A stretch of 63,653 nucleotides of DNA, counting the filler, from Octopus bimaculoides (Eukaryota): NCBI RefSeq assembly GCF_001194135.2. It is 6 parts of 5 records of this genome, joined end to end, with 100 filler letters (N's around TTAATTAATTAA, not from the genome) between each part and the next. Parts side by side here need not be neighbours in the genome. Positions count along the whole stretch, not along the records: positions 19,362 to 32,151 come from NC_068996.1; positions 32,252 to 36,818 come from NW_026403251.1; 4 more parts are not named here. One strand, written 5' to 3'. The notes beneath the pieces are model-generated. The model worked only from the letters and a program-made list of their open reading frames with translations, did not search any database and was not told the DNA's origin. Shown here one piece after another: positions 23,331-35,504 of the stretch; the stretch's first letter is position 1; every line of letters starts with the position of its first letter. The position numbers were made by a program, and so were the translations under genes.

Positions 23331-23809
23331 AAGAAAGAAACTCAAGAAGAAATTCCAAGTTGCCATACTCGACGGCGAGTTCACAACGAATAATTTATAT
23401 ATGTATGTTTATTAAATTCATAGAGAATGCAAAATATACGGGAAGTAGAGAATATCAAAAACGGAACAAAAACAACAAAACAACCTTGATTTTAATAAAT
23501 TATTTTATTATCATTTATTTTTGACAACAATAACTTTATATTAGATAATTTAAATGAAATGCAATTTATGACAAAGTCAATTAATATATCTCATGAATAT
23601 TTTTACTCCAGAATGCAATTAGAAAAATAATTGTAATGAATTAAACCATGGAAAAAGGCAACTTGGAACAGTATTTTCTGTATGTCATAATATACGATTC
23701 ATATATATATACATGTATCTGTATATGTGTGTTTGTGTGTGTGTGTTTGTGTGTGTGTGAGTGTGTGTGTATGTGTGTGATTGTGTGTTTTTGTGTATGT
23801 GTAAGTGAA

Positions 23810-23859
<50 letters not shown>

Positions 23860-23954
23860 TGTGTGTGTGTGTGTTCCATGTTTCCGATTACACAGCTGGT
23901 ATTAGTAGAAAAGAACTACCGTGCGCGCACGCGCAAATATACATTTATACATTC

Positions 23955-24418
23955 GGCCATAATGGAGCACCGCCTTCAAGGAAAAAATTGCCCCCAGTAC
24001 TTATTTTAAAGTCAACTATTCATGTTATCGATCATCCTCTCCCGAACCACTATGTTACAGAGATGTTAACAAACCAATATCGTTACCGAGTAGTAGTGAG
24101 GGACAAGTAAGAGCAGCATAAACACAAATACACAGATAATTATACACATACACACACACATACACACACACATACACACACATACACACACATACACGTA
24201 CACACACGCACACAAACACATACACAAAACCATAACATATGCACACATATGCATTCATATATACGACAGGTTTCTTTCGGTTTCCATCTACTAAATCCAC
24301 TCACAATGCTTTGATCGGCCCATGGATACATAGCAGAAGCCTTAAGTTCCACGCAGTGGGACTGAACCCGGAACGTAGTGGTGGAGAAGTAAACTGCTTG
24401 TAACAAAATCATGCCTGC
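23955..24418 (-). mobile_element. SINE family C with internal (CA/TACA)n
   Basis: GGCCAT.ATGGAGCACCGCC tail; ACGACAGGTTTCTTTCGGTTTCCATCTAC..CACGCAGTGGGACTGAACCCGGAAC head. Confidence 0.85.
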
Positions 24419-24743
24419 AACCCAAATAATATTTCAAACCAACAAAATCATATTCGAACTTAAGAATTACCAGCTGAATGATCGGAAATGTGGGATACAG
24501 AGTACTTAGATTACGAACCACCTTAGTTGTAGGGTAGTAAAGAATACTCTACACTTCTGTATCGAGTTTTATAACTTATCACAGTTCAGTGAATCAACAT
24601 ACACACACGTACACACACAGACACACACATATATGTGTGTGTATGTATATATACACACACACACTATACATGTATATATATATATGTGTGTATGTATGTA
24701 TGTATGTATGTATGTATGTATGTATATATATATATATCAAACG

Positions 24744-24789
24744 AAGGCCTTGATGAATACCACTAGGTATGAAAATACGTATTAGCCTT
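24744..24789 (+). ncRNA. Near-canonical minimal type I hammerhead ribozyme with palindromic stem III
   Basis: AAGGC-CTTGATGA-ATACC(ACTA)GGTAT-GAA-AATACGTATT-A-GCCTT; all three stems perfect; one extra nucleotide in the core. Confidence 0.6.
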
Positions 24790-24977
24790 TATATATTCAA
24801 TTCTCTATATTGAATAGTCAATATTTCATATATTCAATAAGACATTTAATACTTCATTTCATTTTACCATTTATTTTTATATTTTATATTATATATTCCA
24901 TATTCTATATCCCACATTAATTTTACAAGAATATAAATAAAACATAAAAAACAGACAGAGTTGGAACTCTTTTAAAT

Positions 24978-25022
<45 letters not shown>

Positions 25023-25025
25023 CAT

Positions 25026-26272
25026 GTGAATGAGAAAAAGAAGAAAATGGAGAAATTGACGTATAGACATCAATTTCTTCAAAGATATTTAAATCAATGT
25101 AGTGTGAAATTCTTATCCCTACAGCCGTTTCCATATCTAATTATTCAATTAAAAACATTAAATTAATTTCATTTTAAGTTTTCATATTGAAACTAGTTAA
25201 TTGAGTATTTCATCAGGGTAGAATTTCCTCAAAAGTGTTACATTCCAACGTGTTGGTCAACCCTTGACAGACTCAGATGTGTGCGTTTTGGTAATGTATG
25301 TATTTATAAAAAAAACCGCTATAAGTTTATATATATGTGTAGTAACCGTCTAAGGGATAAAATATCCGTATATACTATCAGTATCCGTTATCTGTGTTAT
25401 CCCCGGGAAATGGTGTGCAGGGACACCATATACGTCGCGCACAGGTGACAATAGGATAAACAAAAGTTTATCAGGAGCCAATGCAAATAATTAGAAAATG
25501 AAGAAAAACATAGATTAACCAGTAAATCGATTGGACTACATTTAAAGCTTGTTTATTGATACAAGCAAAACACTTGCTTTGTATCAGTAAACAAGCTTTA
25601 AATGTGGTCCAGTCGATGTACCGGTTAGTCTATGTTTTTCTCCATTTTCTAATTATTTGCATTATATATATATATATAAACAAATATGTATAATATAGTA
25701 GTGCGTGTAAGTTTGCTATACATAATAGTTGTTATTAGTTTTGGTGTTGCAGTTAGGGTGAACGAGGTGTTATAGACAGACAGACAGAGAGGCACACAGA
25801 GTGTAATAGAGTGAGCGAGAGACAGAGATAGGCTGAGAGACAATGGAGAGAGCGGTGAATTCATCATGTAATTGATATGATTATCAAAACTGCTAATTAT
25901 TTATAATATTACAGTATCACGTCATCCATATTTGTGTGCAATAGTTATGGTCATTACATCCATGTAAACAAAGGAAAACTTAAACATTACCAAAACTTAA
26001 AGGTTAAAAAATTAAATTACTAAAGCTACAATCACTATAAATCAACACGTTGGAATGCAACTCTTTTCTGGAAATTCTTCTCTGATTAAAAACTCGATTA
26101 ACTAGTTTCAATATGAAAATTTTAAATTAGTTTAATTTAATTTCTCTAATTGAACTAATTGGATATGGAACCGGCTGCAGGGATAAGAATTTCATATTAT
26201 ATTGATTTGAATATCTTGGAATAAACTGATGTCTATACGTCGATTTCTGCATTTTCTTTTTCTTATTCATAA
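25026..26272. mobile_element. Element bounded by ~240-bp imperfect inverted repeats (old DNA transposon or foldback)
   Basis: 25026-25260 is the reverse complement of about 26041-26272 (GACGTATAGACATCA / TGATGTCTATACGTC; CATATTGAAACTAGTTAAT / ATTAACTAGTTTCAATATG; TTCCAACGTGTTG / CAACACGTTGGAA). Confidence 0.75.
25480..25663. repeat. 184-bp near-perfect palindrome (hairpin MITE-like)
   Basis: ~90-bp arms, 5-nt loop AACAC, about 7 substitutions and 1 indel. Confidence 0.92.
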
Positions 26273-27204
26273 ATATTTTAAATACCAATATACACCAATG
26301 CAAAACTAAAGTATTTAGCTTCCACTGAACACTGGTATAAACTGGAGAACTAGGATGCAAACATCCCTTAAAGGACTTTGGGTCCTTGGCATTATTATAT
26401 ATATATACATGTGTGTATATATATATATATATATATATGTATGCAAGTATATGTATATGTATATATATATATGTGTGTGTATATATATATATGTATACAC
26501 ACATATGTGTATGTATGTATGTATGTATGTATGTATGTATGTATGTATGTGTGTGTATGTGTGTGTCTGTCTCTGTGTGTGTCTGTGTATGTNNNNNNNN
26601 NNNNNNNNNNNNNNNNNNNNNNNNNNNNNNNNNNNNNNNNNNNNNNNNNNNNNNNNNNNNNNNNNNNNNNNNNNNNNNNNNNNNNNNNNNNNNNNNNNNN
26701 NNNNNNNNNNNNNNNNNNNNNNNNNNNNNNNNNNNNNNNNNNNNNNNNNNNNNNNNNNNNNNNNNNNNNNNNNNNNNNNNNNNNNNNNNNNNNNNNNNNN
26801 NNNNNNNNNNNNNNNNNNNNNNNNNNNNNNNNNNNNNNNNNNNNNNNNNNNNNNNNNNNNNNNNNNNNNNNNNNNNNNNNNNNNNNNNNNNNNNNNNNNN
26901 NNNNNNNNNNNNNNNNNNNNNNNNNNNNNNNNNNNNNNNNNNNNNNNNNNNNNNNNNNNNNNNNNNNNNNNNNNNNNNNNNNNNNNNNNNNNNNNNNNNN
27001 NNNNNNNNNNNNNNNNNNNNNNNNNNNNNNNNNNNNNNNNNNNNNNNNNNNNNNNNNNNNNNNNNNNNNNNNNNNNNNNNNNNNNNNNNNNNNNNNNNNN
27101 NNNNNNNNNNNNNNNNNNNNNNNNNNNNNNNNNNNNNNNNNNNNNNNNNNNNNNNNNNNNNNNNNNNNNNNNNNNNNNNNNNNNNNNNNNNNNNNNNNNN
27201 NNNN

Positions 27205-27285
<81 letters not shown>

Positions 27286-27715
27286 GTGCATAATGTATAT
27301 ATATAATGTATTATGTAGATAGATAGATAGATAGATAGATCGGGCATCTTGTGTAAGTTTTATAAATACATGGCTATTTAAGAACAGTCTTTCCTCACTT
27401 TTCTCTCTTTCTTGCTCTCTTTCTGTCTCTCTCTCTTTCTCTCCCTCTCTCTTTCTCACTCATTCACGTCTTATTTCATGCCTGTGGGCGTCGGCGATAA
27501 TAGATCTCCACGCCTTTTTGTCTTACCTCACGTACGCATAAACGCAAAAAGAATCCAAATTCCCTTGTAGAATAGGTTGTCAAAGACTACTCAACACTTT
27601 TCCTTCTTATATGTCTCTTGTTACTCTTTGTCGTTTAGATTTCTAGTAATCTTTGACCGTCTAAATATTTCGACAACAATTTTCATTATTATCTTCATTA
27701 TAAGCACCACTTAGT

Positions 27716-27716
27716 A

Positions 27717-27787
<71 letters not shown>

Positions 27788-27813
27788 ATAATAATAATAA
27801 CAACAATAACAAC
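27716..27813. repeat. (TAG)n/(TAA)n/(CAA)n microsatellite
   Basis: Directly visible; source of the poly-Leu ORF. Confidence 0.95.
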
Positions 27814-28290
27814 AGTGATTTGTATTTGTATAAAAGATAGGCTACATCAGATATTCTGGTCAATACCACAGGTTTGCTTGTCAGTTGATTGACCTTAACC
27901 AGTTGAGCATGTCCCTTGGTGGCTGACGATATGTGCATCTCTGATCACGAGCAGAAGTAGTGGGGGGCATCATAGCCATGTGTTGAGAGGAGTTCTTTGG
28001 ATAATTCACCTCTGGAAACATGGGTGTTTTGTTCAACATTCTTGAACAAATCTTATTCAGGGACCTTTTTAGTGGGATGGGCTATTTGACCTGAAGAGAA
28101 TTCTAACTGGACCCTATCTACAAGGTCATGCGCTGGTTATCTTGATATGAGATCACCTTGTTGCGCACATATGGTTGTGATCCATGTGCCTAGTGTTATC
28201 CTTATTAGACGGGTAGTCATGATGGGAATACTAGCCTTCGTATATTTGTATTCCAGTGTCACTTTGATGGCATGCGCTGCTCTCTTACTC
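27814..28290 (+). mobile_element. Repeat family D, longest copy (~480 bp), flanked by (AAT)n
   Basis: 3' part matches 18938-19119; 5' part matches the reverse complement of 61160-61395. Confidence 0.85.
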
Positions 28291-28336
28291 AATAATGATA
28301 ATAATAATAATAATTATTATAATAATAATAATAATA

Positions 28337-28383
<47 letters not shown>

Positions 28384-28810
28384 AATAATAATAATAATAA
28401 TTTGTTTATTAACCACAAGGGTTCACTTTAAGATAAACATTAAGGACAGCACAGGACAAAACAAAAAATGTGTGTGTGCATGAGTGTGTGCTGGTGTGAG
28501 TGTTTTGCACGTAAATAAGACCAACAAAATTTTTTAAAACCACGTTGTGATATTTTTACAACTACATGCGAATCCTCTCTGTTACAGACAAAAGAGCTGA
28601 AATTCTAAGGAAAGGGGCTAGTCGACTGGTACTTATTTCATGAACTTTTAGAGGAGAAAAGGGTAAGCGACTTCGGCGGCATTTGATCTCAGAACATAAA
28701 GCCGAATGTCCAGTGTGCTAACGATTTTGCCAGCTAACCGCTAACAAAATAATAATAATAATAACAATAATAATAATAACAATAATAACAACAACAACAA
28801 CAACAATAAT

Positions 28811-29066
28811 AGAAGTTCAAAAGATAGTGCTCATGGGAACTGCCCATATCCTACGTAAAATATTGTCTATGTGATCTCAAATTTTAAAAGAAACACATAA
28901 TTTTCTTATGCTTTCTTAAACATTCACTTGAACAAAACTGTACAAATCCAAATATATGGTACCCTAGGCATAACACCTACATGAACTTCTAACTTGTTGT
29001 CTCTTGAGGTCTCTGGGTGAGACTTGGATCCAACTTGTACAAATGCAAAACAAAAGTCAAACATAA

Positions 29067-29067
<1 letters not shown>
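28811..29067 (+). mobile_element. R4/Dong-like LINE extreme 3' end in (AAT/AAC)n
   Basis: EVQKIVLMGTAHILRKILSM* then 3' UTR; microsatellite on both sides. Confidence 0.8.
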
Positions 29068-29161
<94 letters not shown>

Positions 29162-29184
29162 CAACAATATTAACAACGAGAGCA

Positions 29185-29740
29185 ACAACAAAAGACATGA
29201 CCGGCGCGAATACAAAAGACGACATAACAATGTGAGAAGAATGATCCGTTGGGTGCTTTGTGGAAATCACGGCATACAATAAGCAAATCCCGGAAGGAAT
29301 TACTGAGAATAAAGACTGTAAAGTCTTGTGGGATGCAATGATTCAATGTAACCATCAGTTTAGACATCAGACATTGATATGGTGAACAAAAAAGACAAAG
29401 AAACTTGCGTGATAATCGATATAGCACATCAAAGAGTAAAAAGAAAAAAAGTGAAGAGCTATGATGAATTGAAGTGGACAAAGAAGAGAGTGGACATGAT
29501 ACCAGTAGTAATTGGCACGCTTGGATGTACCAGCACTCAACTACCAACATGGCTCAAAAAGATTGGTACAACTGTAAAGATAGAACATCTACAAAACTGA
29601 CCATTGCTTGGAATTGCAAAAGTTTTCCACAGGGTTCTTGAAGCATGATCAGTAAAGAAGTGTCATCTTAGTCTGCTGGCTGTAAACAGCTAACACTTTA
29701 CACAATACCCAACAAAATAAGCTGAAAGTCAAATAATAAA
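29185..29740 (+). mobile_element. R4/Dong-like LINE 3' fragment (RLE domain)
   Basis: EGITENKDCKVLWDAMIQCNHQ, TCVIIDIA, YDELKW, IPVVIGTLG, WLKKIG..IEHLQ; follows (AAT)n. Confidence 0.8.
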
Positions 29741-29744
29741 ATGA

Positions 29745-29950
29745 TATTGGTTTCAAATTTTGGCACAAAGTCAGCAATTTCAGGGCAGGGGTGAGTCGAT
29801 TACATCGACCCCAGTGTTCAACTGGTACTTATTTTGTCGACTCTGAAAGGATGAAATGCAAAGTGGACCTCGGCGAAATTTGAACCCAGCATTTAAAGCC
29901 TCAAGAAATGAGATGAAGCATTTTGTCCAGAAGGCTAACGATTCTGCTTG
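29745..29950 (-). mobile_element. SINE family A, diverged
   Basis: AGTCGATTACATCGACCCCAGTG..CTGGTACTTATTTT..GAAAGGATGAAA.GCAAAGT.GACCTCGGCG; further remnants near 28600-28740 and 29990-30085. Confidence 0.8.
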
Positions 29951-30586
29951 CTAGATACCTTATGAAAACAATATTTCGTTTCTTATTGAATTACAAGGTA
30001 TAGGAATTGTTGGGAGGGGATAAGCCTGTGGTATCGATCCCCTGCAATTTACTGGTACGTTATTTTGTCGTAAAAGTAAACTCGAATCTTTAGTACTTTT
30101 ACTTAGAACATAAAAAGACAATAATAAATACATTTTTCTGATGTTCTGATGATTCTGCTAGTTCTAGAGCAATTCCATTCATTAAAAAATTTATAGATAG
30201 TTTAACTAATAAAACATTATTTTTAACGAAAGATTTACAATGGGTAGTTGTAAAAGTGCAAAACTGTAAAAGCCGAAAAAGGCAACTAAGAATTTTTGTC
30301 TTGTCACTCGGGACATATATATACGTGTAAATGTATGTAAATTTCGATTCATATATNNNNNNNNNNNNNNNNNNNNNNNNNNNNNNNNNNNNNNNNNNNN
30401 NNNNNNNNNNNNNNNNNNNNNNNNNNNNNNNNNNNNNNNNNNNNNNNNNNNNNNNNNNNNNNNNNNNNNNNNNNNNNNNNNNNNNNNNNNNNNNNNNNNN
30501 NNNNNNNNNNNNNNNNNNNNNNNNNNNNNNNNNNNNNNNNNNNNNNNNNNNNNNNNNNNNNNNNNNNNNNNNNNNNNNNNNNNNNN

Positions 30587-30621
<35 letters not shown>

Positions 30622-30799
30622 AGCGAATGCATATACACGATTATGTATATGCCAGTATACATATACGCCCACAAACAGAAACATAACTATATGTGTATGT
30701 ATGTGTGCGCGTGTATATATATATACATATAGATAGATAGATATGTATAGATAGACATCCGCGCGCGCGCACACACACACAGACACACACACACATATA

Positions 30800-32102
30800 C
30801 AAGCTGTTGGACCCGACGTTACTCGTGTCTTCCGTGTTGAAGTTAAGCCCACCTCTGACCTTGTATTGAAATCTTCTACTTTCCCCGTACCAACTATTAC
30901 CCATTAAGATGTTATATCTGGTTCGGCAGGGATTTTACCCGTTTAACGCTTTCGACATACTCCTACATACTGGACCATCTGAAATTACAGTCAAACGTTT
31001 GAGTGTGCCTCGACAGGTTGAGAGTGATGTTTGTTTATTTCTTTCTTCTTAATGCCACCCTCTGTACAAAATTGATCAGTGTGTCCAATCTCAGCAAAAT
31101 CCGAAGAAAAGTGTTAAGGTTATGTCATAAAATAGAATCCATGTGTCTATTTACATGAAAATATCCCATTTATTTTTAAATCCCAATACATTATATGAAT
31201 AATCGATGTTTCATGTGACGAAGTGCTTAATTTTTCTCATGGGTCAATTTTCTTCAAAATCAGTTCATTATTTTATCGTGAGTGAATTTTGGCGATTTCT
31301 GCCTTTCACTAGTTTTATTTTAATTCTACATGACTTCAATCATAAACTTTATCTAAATATCAAATTTCATAAAAATCGGATGAATTCTGTAAAAGTTACA
31401 GCATAAAATATTAATCCCGTGGGTAATTGCATACATAAAGCCTATTGCTTTCTTAAAATCCCCGCTCACGCGCAATTATCGATTATTTTGTTAACTCTTC
31501 ATGATGGTATGAACTAATGGATATGAACTGTAATTACCTGTAAAATTTCTACAAAATCGATAAGAGTGTCTCTAAGGAAATGCTTATTTCTACTTGTGCC
31601 CCTTTAAAGCCCCTTGAAATAAATAAACACCTTTACCGTCTCCCCTACATTTGCCTACATCTCAAATTTCATTAAAATCGGATATAAATATAAAAGTTAC
31701 GGCCAAAAATAAAATCCCTATGGGTATTTGCACGGAAAAAGCTTATTGATTTTATAAAACCACTGCTCAGGCGCAATTATCAACTTTTTGTCAATGCCAT
31801 AAACTGATATCAACTCACTGCCGTGAGCCTCGCTCACTCAGCGATTTTCATCAAAATCGGACAGAAAGTGCAAAAGCTGCAGGAAAAATCACAACGTTAT
31901 GGGAATTTTCATTTAAACGCCTGATTGCGCTCACAAGAATCGATGCCAACTGAGCATTATCGAGTTTTCGAAAACTTCTGGCCTTATTTGAACTTCAGGG
32001 CATGTAATCTACCTATGTACCAAAAATCCTTAAAATCGGTCGGACGGTGTAGGAGGAGTGAGAATAAGCACAAACACACAGAGACAGACACCATTACACA
32101 TT

Positions 32103-32110
<8 letters not shown>
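30800..32110 (-). mobile_element. Non-autonomous Helitron-type element with internal tandem subrepeats
   Basis: 3' end ..CGTCGGGTCCAACAGCTTG; AAATTTCATCAAAATCGG-like motif recurs at 31086, 31246, 31362, 31543, 31664, 31843, 32022; 31362-31500 matches 31664-31800. Confidence 0.6.
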
Positions 32111-32143
<33 letters not shown>

Positions 32144-32251
32144 ATATGTATNNNNNNNNNNNNNNNNNNNNNNNNNNNNNNNNNNNNNNNNNNNNTTAAT
32201 TAATTAANNNNNNNNNNNNNNNNNNNNNNNNNNNNNNNNNNNNNNNNNNNN

Positions 32252-32466
32252 ACAAACACAGACACACAAACATACACACACACATATATATACATATATA
32301 AACGACGGGTTTCTTCCCGTTTCCGTCTACCAAATTCACTCACAATGCTTTGGTCGGCCCGAGGCCATAGTAGAAGACCCTTGCCCAAGATGCCACGCAG
32401 TGGGACTGAACCCTGAACCATGTGGTTGGTAAGCAAGCCTCTTACCACACACCCACTCCTGCGCCT
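32252..32466 (-). mobile_element. SINE family C 5' half
   Basis: Head TAGGCGCAGGAGTGGGTGTGTGGTAAGAGG..GGTTCAGTCCCACTGCGTGGCA on the minus strand. Confidence 0.9.
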
Positions 32467-32959
32467 ATGACATATTAGGCACATGTATTAAAGGTTAATT
32501 TAAGGGTAGATATGTAATTGTAAATATCTTCCTTAAAAGCTTGCAACTGCTTCGATAATTATTAACTAGTAATTGAACAGTAAATGTATATTTTCATATA
32601 ACTTGGACCTGACACCTTATTGTTTTGATGTCAAAGGTTTCACCTCCAGCCGTTCATTATGTCAGTCAACGCATACACTGATACACTATTCCGCTGTGGT
32701 GGCCGCAAAAACGGAAGGGTGTTGATGCGTAATGTTGTGCACATTAGGATATAAATTATTAATTTATTTCCAAATAGAAATAACATCATCTTAGTGTTAT
32801 CAGATTAGAATTAAAATTGAAATAATAAAAGTGAAACTGTTATATCACATTACAATATACATGTCATTCTTTCACTTTTGACACGCATTAACAAACCAGT
32901 GTCAATGTTATATTGTTTTAATCCAAATGAAAAAAAATACATGTTGACACTCACGGTGT

Positions 32960-33060
32960 CTGATAATATTGCCTTGTAAAATTTGATTTGATTTTGATCG
33001 AGCCGTTTGATAATACATAGTGGACAGAGAGAGAGAGAGAAAGAATTTTATATATATAGA
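32960..33060 (-). mobile_element. Helitron-type 5' terminus
   Basis: AAAATTTGATTTGATTTTGATCG..ACAGAGAG..TTTTATATATATAGA|T, same layout as the 9111 and 12442 ends. Confidence 0.45.
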
Positions 33061-34434
33061 TAACTAGTATGATTTGTAAAATAAAATTGAAATAATGTAT
33101 GCTGGACATTAACAAGATTTGTAGCCACGAAAATGTAGACGTCTTCTTGTCCAGAAATTCAACAGTACAAGACTAGAACAGTACACGACTAGAACATGCG
33201 GCCTATTCATTAGTTGTCCAATAGTTGAGCCACTTCATTCCAATGTATTGTTCTTCACATTCAAATTAGTTCTAAATACTTTAAATAACATGGAAATAAT
33301 TTCTTTATTAAATCCAACAAATTCTTTCTGGTTCATATTAACAGTGACATGTGATGTTAAATTGACTGGAACCATCAGACAATTTTATCGCTAATTCAGC
33401 ATTAAATTATCTCCATTGTCACGTTATTGTTGTTGCTTTTATTATCGATTGAATATTCCGATTTTCTTTTGCTTGTGGAATTTTAACTTTTTCTTTTTTG
33501 CATTGAAAAAAACACTACGTTAGTATTTGCAATAGAAACAAGATTTTGAAGCTTTATGAATGCAATCTTGTATGAGACGACCATTATATCACACACGAAC
33601 TTTGATACTTGATGCATATATTTCTTTGACAAATGTACGCTTAACCATATTATTATTGTTTTAATTTTTCATAATGCGAAATTTAAATTTAATTTGTAGC
33701 ATTTTTCATCATCAAAGCGAAAGCAAGGAAATTCAATAAAGTTAAACTAGAGAAGACAAGTAAGAATATCCATTCAACGAAGAGTATTAGTGAGGTTTGA
33801 AGAGCAAATATATAATCATCAGCAGGTAATATTTAACAAAAAACTTCACATTAAATTTACAAATATTCTGAGAGAAAAAACAAAGATCAGAAACAAATGT
33901 ATCGTTGGTCCTGAAATACGCACAAGAACTGAAAATTCAGAAAAGTGAACACATTAAATACAAAGAACAGTACTTGACTGGTACTCTATTTTAACGAACT
34001 TGGAAAGATGAACAATGTAAAATGTCACAAAAGATGACGCAAGGAATTCGTTCTGACAGCTAATTATACTGCCATCCCACTTGCATATGTATCCATTGAG
34101 GTAATTCGTTCAATATTGTTCCAGGTCTAATGAGTAACAGCCAAGTGCTGATGTTATCCTCTTTTCCTTCACCTGTTGCATCCTGCATCAAAAGTGGTAA
34201 GAACTAGAGAGGGTTTATGGCTCCTTGTAACTGCAAACAATTAACGAAAATACATTACATGGGACCAACTCATAACATATATGCCTATGCCTGTGTGTGT
34301 GTGTGTGTGTGAGTGTATACTTGTATAGCTGTATGAATACATATACTTATAATATGCATACGTCCATCATTTACAATTATTACAACAGAAAAATAACATC
34401 CCCAACATCACTTAAAAATTAAAACAGTGTACCC

Positions 34435-34580
34435 CGTTAGTAAAATAAAGTGTTGGGTTCAAAATTCCACCAGAACACCTGACTGAGGCTGGAGAGTACA
34501 TCAGCTGAATCGTTGTGATAACAAGAAAAAAGATGAGAACACCTATCTGTCCATTGTAAATAATGTACATAATTCCTCAA
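34435..34580 (+). mobile_element. Probable Penelope-type terminal repeat with decayed hammerhead-like motif
   Basis: AACAC-CTGACTGA-GGCTG(10 nt)CAGCT-GAA-TCGT-T-GTGAT. Confidence 0.4.
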
Positions 34581-35504
34581 AAATATAGAATAATATAATG
34601 CATACGTCGTCGGCTCGGCCTCGTATTCGAGAATTTATTTTCTCCTTTGAGGAACGTTTCCTTTAAGGTGATACCGTTCATAACTCTTGCATAGAAGATT
34701 CAATGGTATTGACTGCATGGTGATGTTAATGGAGGTTGATTTTCTTGCGCCTTTCTCTCCTGTTGTTTGATTGAAACACAATCCCGTACCGTGTGTATAT
34801 NNNNNNNNNNNNNNNNNNNNNNNNNNNNNNNNNNNNNNNNNNNNNNNNNNNNNNNNNNNNNNNNNNNNNNNNNNNNNNNNNNNNNNNNNNNNNNNNNNNN
34901 NNNNNNNNNNNNNNNNNNNNNNNNNNNNNNNNNNNNNNNNNNNNNNNNNNNNNNNNNNNNNNNNNNNNNNNNNNNNNNNNNNNNNNNNNNNNNNNNNNNN
35001 NNNNNNNNNNNNNNNNNNNNNNNNNNNNNNNNNNNNNNNNNNNNNNNNNNNNNNNNNNNNNNNNNNNNNNNNNNNNNNNNNNNNNNNNNNNNNNNNNNNN
35101 NNNNNNNNNNNNNNNNNNNNNNNNNNNNNNNNNNNNNNNNNNNNNNNNNNNNNNNNNNNNNNNNNNNNNNNNNNNNNNNNNNNNNNNNNNNNNNNNNNNN
35201 NNNNNNNNNNNNNNNNNNNNNNNNNNNNNNNNNNNNNNNNNNNNNNNNNNNNNNNNNNNNNNNNNNNNNNNNNNNNNNNNNNNNNNNNNNNNNNNNNNNN
35301 NNNNNNNNNNNNNNNNNNNNNNNNNNNNNNNNNNNNNNNNNNNNNNNNNNNNNNNNNNNNNNNNNNNNNNNNNNNNNNNNNNNNNNNNNNNNNNNNNNNN
35401 NCCAACCAGGCCTTTTGCGATACGCTCAAAGTCAGGAACTTTTCAGCACTCCGTCGTGTACCTATGAAATCTCCACTTTTATTACTTATATACCTACAGT
35501 AATC

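Noticed and set aside
26127-27459. Long ORFs rich in X, HT, CV, YI, poly-I, poly-L and similar
   Set aside because: Products of N gaps and microsatellites throughout the window
31086-32040. CRISPR-like repeat-spacer array
   Set aside because: Eukaryotic context, degenerate motif, irregular 116-181 bp spacing, related spacers, no cas genes
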